NCBI GenBank assembly: GCA_964036045.1
Contig: OZ038378.1
Coordinates: forward strand, 183,954,001-184,018,000
Direction of reading: 5' to 3'
Length of the DNA: 64,000 nt
Source: Eutreptiella sp. 'Long Island Sound 2002'
Lineage: Eukaryota > Protista > Euglenida
Each line of letters opens with the position of its first letter. Position 1 is the first letter of the stretch. The notes beneath the pieces are model-generated. The model saw only the letters and a list, made by a program, of their open reading frames with translations, searched no databases and was not told the origin of the DNA. A program made the position numbers and the translations under genes. Below are positions 58,001 through 64,000 of this stretch, in pieces.

Positions 58001-61000
58001 TTACCATACCTAGGGTAGGGACTATTTTGCACGATTGGGTACCAAGTTGTACACATTGTCGTTTGTGCTCCACTTTGTGACACTATGAATGGTGCTTTTT
58101 GTGGGTGATTCTCCAGGCTGCAAGGTGGGAGAAAGAAAACATCAAACAAAACACCGCCAGGAGTGGATTTGGCAAACTCTCATGATTATTTGGAGGGTGA
58201 CAACCTATGGGTTTCAATCATGAAGTCGGGTGATCGGAACCTTAACCGCATAGGCAAAGGCGCATCACATGCTTTCCGCCTAATCCACAGGAAGCATGTC
58301 ATCTACTTCGTGAAGTTTAACATGACAGCCAACACCCTATTGGTTTCGGGGCGCGTTCTTCTGCAACAGGGCAGACGAGGGATAACCATTGGGGAATTCC
58401 TCTCGGCATAGTTAGCAGAAATTTGGTAGCCTAGAAGGAATACACAACGCTTGGGATCAACCAGTCAATGCCCATGCCTTTAATCAGGGAAAGTCGCCGT
58501 TTTCCCATTCGTGTCCCTAGATGTTCTTTTGGGGCACAAAAACACCAAGTACATGCGCAACCAGCTCCTTGGAAGGTAGCAGTCAATAATTACATGGATT
58601 CGCTCATATCGGGGCCACTAGGCACATGGTCTCTTGGGAGCAGGTAAACCAACCACCCAATTCCATACCCGGGAGTAGAAGACATACCCTCTCAGCCCCC
58701 ACTCTATGTCTTCTACTCCCGGGTATGGAATTGGGTGGTTGATTTACCTGCTCCCACTCTCAGCCCCCACTCGTCAACTATGACGAAAGGACGAAAGGAG
58801 CCAAGGTGGGGACCTCATCCACCCTTTCTATGTGCCTAGCACACTATGTGTCCATGTTTGAAGATTTCTTCGGCACCGTGCTCGAGGTCCCTCACGGACG
58901 TGGTTAACACACGCTAGACGTCCGCACGTGGGCAAATGTAGCACGCACGCCTGAGGAGACCACCCAAAGGCCATTCCTGACATGGTGCCCTGCACTGACC
59001 TATGCCCACTACGTGTCCCTTTGAATTTACAATGCTTTGGATTTTTGGTCCCATTCACAGGTATCGGCAACCGATGAAGTACTGGCACACAGCCCTTCAG
59101 CCCTGGTTCGAGCACATCGTCTACGAGCTGCCCTACTTCAACGCCTCCAGGGGGCACAACCACCTTTTCCCATGGGTTGAGGACAACGGCCTGGTATGCG
59201 ACGACAACCGCCTACCGTATTTCAAGTTGCCTGCCTTCCGGCGGACTGTCGATCCCATGATCCTCGTTACATATAATGGGGTCCATGACAGGACGGGGGA
59301 CCGCCAGATCCTTCACCCCACCAAATTCCGGCGGCATTGCTTCAACCTCGGGCACGACATCACGATGCCGCAATGGAACAGCTTCCACCTACGGAAGGGG
59401 CTCCCGACCACGAACTGGCCGGCGTTCCTGGCACTCAAGGCTATGTCCCGGCACAACATGCACTATAGGGGCATATTCCGCGCCGCAGGACTGTGCTCTA
59501 AAAGGGTGCGGCCATGGTTCCATGGGTGGTGCCGCTGCGAGCTCACGATAGGGCGCCGGCTCTGGATTACCCCCGGCCACCGTGTGCCGATCCGCAGGGC
59601 TTGCGGTGTGCCCTTGTGCCCATATCTCCCTACGCTCTTATGTCCTTGTGCCCCCATTGTCCCATACTGGGGAAACCTGAATATTTTACCAGAATATTCA
59701 ATTTAAGGGGTCGATTTGGGCGAAAGCAAAAAATATCCGACGCCAAAATTTGAAATTATTGGTGCATTAGACTGGAAGTTTCGCAAGATGCGGCTTGTTT
59801 AATTCCTTGGGCGAGCTTGCGGATTCTGACATAGGTGGGGTCAACTACATGCATGATCCAAACACCCCCATCTGCGATTTTTTGTGGGACAGCAATGTTT
59901 TGCTTGCATTCTTTCTTTCCAACTTCCTTCAGTGGGCCGATACTGAGGGTTTCTGCCAAAAACTGATTTTGGAGATTGTTGCAACTGTGGACTGGGATTC
60001 ATTATTGCATTCAAATGCACCGTTGTGGTTGAGGCATGGGCTTGCGCATGTTGTACAGATTCTATGTGAACAGCAGCCATCTAGCAGCCACTAGGCAGGC
60101 AATAAAAAGTGTTCGAAAAATTAATTTCGCAAAACATTCGAGTCTTAAAAACCAATGTCCCGTTGTTCCATCCTTCGCAGAATCAGGACGTCCGATAGTC
60201 GAGACCCCGCCCCCCCCCCTCGCCTGCAACCCCCGCCCGATATCAAACAGTAGGCAACCATTGAGTTTGAATTTGAAATCCCCGTCAGTGCTTGACTCTT
60301 CGTGTTACAGGCATATTGGACAGGTTACAGGTATTTGGACAAGCCTGCGCAGAAAAACTTACAGAAAGGCCGGGGACCCCGGGCTCTGCAGGCCTCATAG
60401 CCCAGAGGCTGAGCCAAGAGGCCCAGCATTCCAACCACCTGGCAGTATTTGGGCTAAGGTGGTGCTGTAGGACTCCCAGCTCCTGGTTTTGAAGCTCAGC
60501 GAGTCCTCGTTAATGACAAGGATTGGCTCATCCTTTCTGCAAACAGCACCATCCACCAAAGAAACTAGCCTTTTGGGAAAAAACCCCTTTTGGTAGAAAG
60601 AATAGCCTTTTCCTGTTTTACATCTCGTGTGGGCCTTGGCTTTGATGGAATCAAATGATAAAAATTGGATCACCAAAGATGATGGATAACAGCGTGGGAA
60701 GCAATCCTTTTGTCTGCCAATGGACCAACACGACGCATGTGCCGTTGCTCTGCACGGCACACAACAGCATACCATGAAGACTTTATCCAGAGCATGCCTA
60801 CGTACTCTGAATGCATGTATACATACAATTGTTAGCCCTGCCAGTGCACCCTCCTTGTGGGGCCGTCCTGTCCTCTGAGTTGTGTTCTAGCTGATCAGGT
60901 AATCTCCTGTTGTAGGTTCTAGGATCCAGGTTTTGGTGTCTCGTGAGAATATTTTTTCGCTGTGTGGCTGCATGGCTGACATTTGCATTCATGCCATGTT

Positions 61001-62998
61001 GTGTTTACTGATGCTTTCGCACACGTTCCAATAGTCATGTCTGTGGCTAGCGCATCCCAATCATATGAAGATGTGGTGGGTGGTGTGGGTGATCCTTTTT
61101 GCCAACGGAACGATCATTTTATGTCTCTGGTTCAGTGGGCTGAGTGGCTCTGGAGACGCTTTCGGGAGTCCAGGGTGATTTCCATTTCCATTTCCATTTC
61201 CAGGTTTTGAGTGCCTGGCGCGGAAGTACGGGCGTGTCTCGGTTGACGAACTGTGCACGTCTGCATATCCCCACATCGTCTCATTGCTCTTGTGCCCCTG
61301 CACTGCCCACATGCCCTGATGATCTTTCCGCCATGCCCGTATTATTAATGCCTCTGTGCCTCATGTCTCTACAAGGGTGCCCGAAAGGCAGCCTCGCCAC
61401 GTCGATCTTTGCGCCATGTCCCGCCGGCAACGGCTGCTGGTCTTTGCGCTTCTTTGATGCCATAGACCGCCTGGCCATCCCCATAATTCTGGCCGATGGG
61501 ATCATAGAGCCCTTTGAGCAATGGCTGGATTACTCCGCTTTCTCTGCCAAGGTACTCAACCCTCTCCAACCCTCCAACACACTTCTATCCTTCCCGCCAG
61601 GGATGTATCCCTGGCCGTACCTGGTAGCTGTCCTCGGTATGCTCTGCCAAGGGTGCACTGCGCTCGGGGCAGGGCGTCTACAGCACTCAAACGGGCGTTA
61701 GTGACTAACGCCGCTGCCAAGGGTGCACTGCGCTCGGGGCAGGGCGTCTACAGCACTCAAACGGGCGTTAGTGACTAACGCCGCTTCAACGCGAGGGATA
61801 GCTGTCCCACTCTCACCTAACAAAGACGCTTTTTCCACAGTGGCTTACGACAAGCAATGGAAAAGGTGGGCTGAGCCATGCCTGTGAAGAGTTGCGTGCT
61901 TGCTCATAACAACTTGTGTGCTTGGGACTGCGTCCCATTTCTGCTTGCTTAGATGTGATTTTCAGACGGCTAATGTTGTGAGACTCAGCATGGCCGTCGC
62001 ATGCAGGCGGTTCAACACTGGTGAGCATGTGCCTGCCACCAGCGTTGGTCCCTGCTCCTTTGGGTCAATGCATTCATTGGAAGTACATGCACAATGGGCA
62101 CTAGATTGTGCATGATGCACCATGTGGCTGTGTGTTAGTACCTACCTGTAGCCCTATCTGCATCCTTCTAAGGCGTCTCCTGGACGTTGGCTTACGTTGG
62201 CCAGCACGATTTTTGTCAAAGCACGGAATGTCTGACCGCCGTTTTCCCTGATTTTGGCCGTGCTTGCGCAAGGAGGGTAGGTGTCTGTTTTTTTTTCGGC
62301 CGAAAGGCGCCTATGGTTCCACTGATGAGGCTTTTGTTGTGACACCGACTGTGCGCCTTTGCTTGACGCCCGTCTCCTGCACGTCTCCACATGGAAAGGG
62401 ACGGATCACTGGGCTCCAATGACCAAAAAAGCGCCAACCTATTCAATCATCCAACCCTGTCTGAATTTCCACGATCCTCTGCATCGCTTCCCTTCTTCTC
62501 GCCCTCCCTGACGCTTCCCATCCTTGCAGTCCTTCGAAACCCCTTCCAACCCTTTTCAACCAGGTGCTCACCATCACGATGGCGCGCCAGCACTGGAACA
62601 CCACCAGCGAGCGCATGGATGCCCTCATGCATGCCGCTGAGTCATTTCGGCGTGCCTGCAGCCCGTCGCCAAGAGTTCATCAACTCTTCAACTGCGGGTC
62701 TGGGAAGCTCAACGCCACTTCGTCGCTGGCGTGCCAAAGAGCGCGGGCGGCTGCCTACCAAGAACTCCGCCCCGTCGATGAGAAGAAATGCCTCGCGCAC
62801 CCGCTGTCGCGAAAGCTCGAGGCCGTCGCCGCGATCCGGCCATGGCTCAGCTTCGACGCGGCGGCCCCACGGAATGCGTACAAGCTGTTCCTGCTGGAGC
62901 TCTACTGCCGCATCCCGGGACCGAAGAGGGTGCCGTGGTGTTTCGAGACCGCGAATATGTCCCATGCCCACTGGATCGGGTACAGAGAGTTCAACTGA
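55029..62998 (+). CDS. Exostosin / GT47-family glycosyltransferase
   Basis: Exons 55029-55345, 59061-59605, possibly 61204-61233, 61376-61551 and 62564-62998. Signal-anchor N-terminus. Motifs RIYVY, DDPLQADCFWVP, PYFNASRGHNHLF, APCPAGNGCWSLRFFDAI..IPIILADGIIEPFEQWLDYSAFS and NAYKLFLLEL. The 3' end of exon 2 and the micro-exon are uncertain. Confidence 0.85.
56313..56591. mobile_element. MITE with TA target duplication
   Basis: Left CCCACCCATATT...TTGCCCGAGTATACTC versus the reverse complement of the right end, CCCACCCGTATT...TTGCCCAAGTATACTC. TA at 56311-12 and 56592-93. Confidence 0.7.
58163..58690 (+). mobile_element. Penelope-like reverse-transcriptase remnant in GT47 intron 1
   Basis: YFVKFNMTANTLLVSGRVLLQQGRRGITIGEFLSA resembles the F...N.F..Q..G..iG..lS motif of PLE RTs. 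Stops and frameshifts follow. Confidence 0.5.
58636..58772. repeat. 51-bp inverted duplication with the 16-nt spacer repeated (A-L-A'-L)
   Basis: Arms 58636-86 and 58705-55 (1 mismatch). CTCTCAGCCCCCACTC at 58689-704 and 58757-772. Confidence 0.95.
61644..61785. repeat. Perfect 70-bp tandem duplication, each unit ending in a 19-bp palindrome
   Basis: CTGCCAAGGGTGCACTG...GGCGTTAGTGACTAACGCCG at 61644 and 61714. Confidence 0.95.
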
Positions 62999-63207
62999 GG
63001 GTTGGGTTGGGTTGGGGGGGCTGGGGGACAGTGGGAAGTGAGACATACAGCCCCTGAAGACATACTGCTCCGGCGCAGTGTACCTGCAGCTGCACGTGCG
63101 ATGGATCTTCTAATGTTCTTGACCCTTGGTCTCTGGACGGGGGCTGAATGGAGCATGAGCCTGGGGGCGTTTGCACATTCCACACGCACTATTGCGCGAC
63201 ACGCGCG

Positions 63208-63312
63208 CTAATCCCATATCACTTCGTGCCACCACGCCGACCCATGCACTGCCCCGTGGACTTGCGCCTCCAGGTCTTGAGGCTGGAACAGCGCCTCCAC
63301 AGAAAGCAACAA
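63208..63312 (-). CDS. Candidate terminal exon of a convergent gene extending toward the window end
   Basis: Acceptor tctcaccgccag, exactly 35 codons to TAG (LLLSVEALFQPQDLEAQVHG...WWHEVIWD*). A possible preceding exon lies near 63510-63584. Confidence 0.35.
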   Translation of the reverse strand: MLLSVEALFQPQDLEAQVHGAVHGSAWWHEVIWD

Positions 63313-64000
63313 CTGGCGGTGAGAAGCACAAGGCATAGTGCCGACAATCCCGTGACCTGTCCCTGTCGCGTGCAGAGGCCAGTATTTGGGGGTCTTACCG
63401 CGTCTGTTGAAGAAGAACAACGTGGTGCTCCGCCGCCTCTGAGGACCCATCAGTGTCGACCAAATATAAACAGAGGACGAATTCCTCTGAGTCTGTGTTG
63501 TACCACCCACCGAAGCCTCCATGTTCCTGGAAGAAGAAGAAGAGCCGAGTATCGGCGAGCTTCTGGGGAATCGTCGGGCTGGTCTATCATCCTGCGTGCC
63601 GTTGCATTCCCGCATGTGCAAGAATGATGGCATTGTGCTTCCACACTGAGCAACGGGGCCTTCATAGTGGGGCGATGGGATTTCACAGGAACCCAACAGT
63701 CGTTCGTTTGCATAGGAACACACTGGCGCAGCACCTTCCCAGGGAGTGCACCATCCAGGCTAGTCCAGGCCCCCCTCTCACGCCCCCACGGAGTTTGCCA
63801 AACAAAGGCGGGGCGGGGGGGTCGAGGGGGCGCAAGCAAACAGAGCGCCTCTCTGGTCCAACTGATCCCTGTGTGGCAGCGTGTCCCTGGCAGTCCCGCA
63901 CTGAGACAGGGTGGTGGGGGGGATGGGGGGGAGGGAAGGGCCCGCTCACTCCGCCGGGTGGAGGGTAGAAGCGGAAGAATGCGAGGGAAGCATGTGCACT

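Overview
Repeat-rich eukaryotic genomic DNA with canonical GT-AG introns and no bacterial, rRNA, tRNA or CRISPR signal. The repeat style recalls euglenids, but taxonomy cannot be established from this sequence. Two multi-exon host genes can be assembled by hand. The first is a 10-exon minus-strand gene (22729 to 5236, about 945 aa). It encodes an unusual membrane protein: TLC domain, cytochrome b5, further TM helices, a DUF3291/antibiotic-biosynthesis-monooxygenase-like barrel and a C4 zinc finger. The second is a plus-strand GT47/exostosin-family glycosyltransferase (55029-62998). A few orphan exons are also visible. Most of the remainder is transposable elements: 5'-truncated RNase H-bearing LINEs of two types, a nest of LINEs around (TGTTG)n microsatellites with a roughly 400-bp duplication, and a 2.9-kb non-coding VNTR composite flanked by a 19-bp direct repeat. 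There are also an internally deleted Chapaev/RAG1-like transposon, a Sola-like element, a decayed hAT, Penelope-like remnants, TA-flanked MITEs, and several palindromes and local duplications. Gene models are hand-spliced. Domain assignments come from motif recognition, not database searches.
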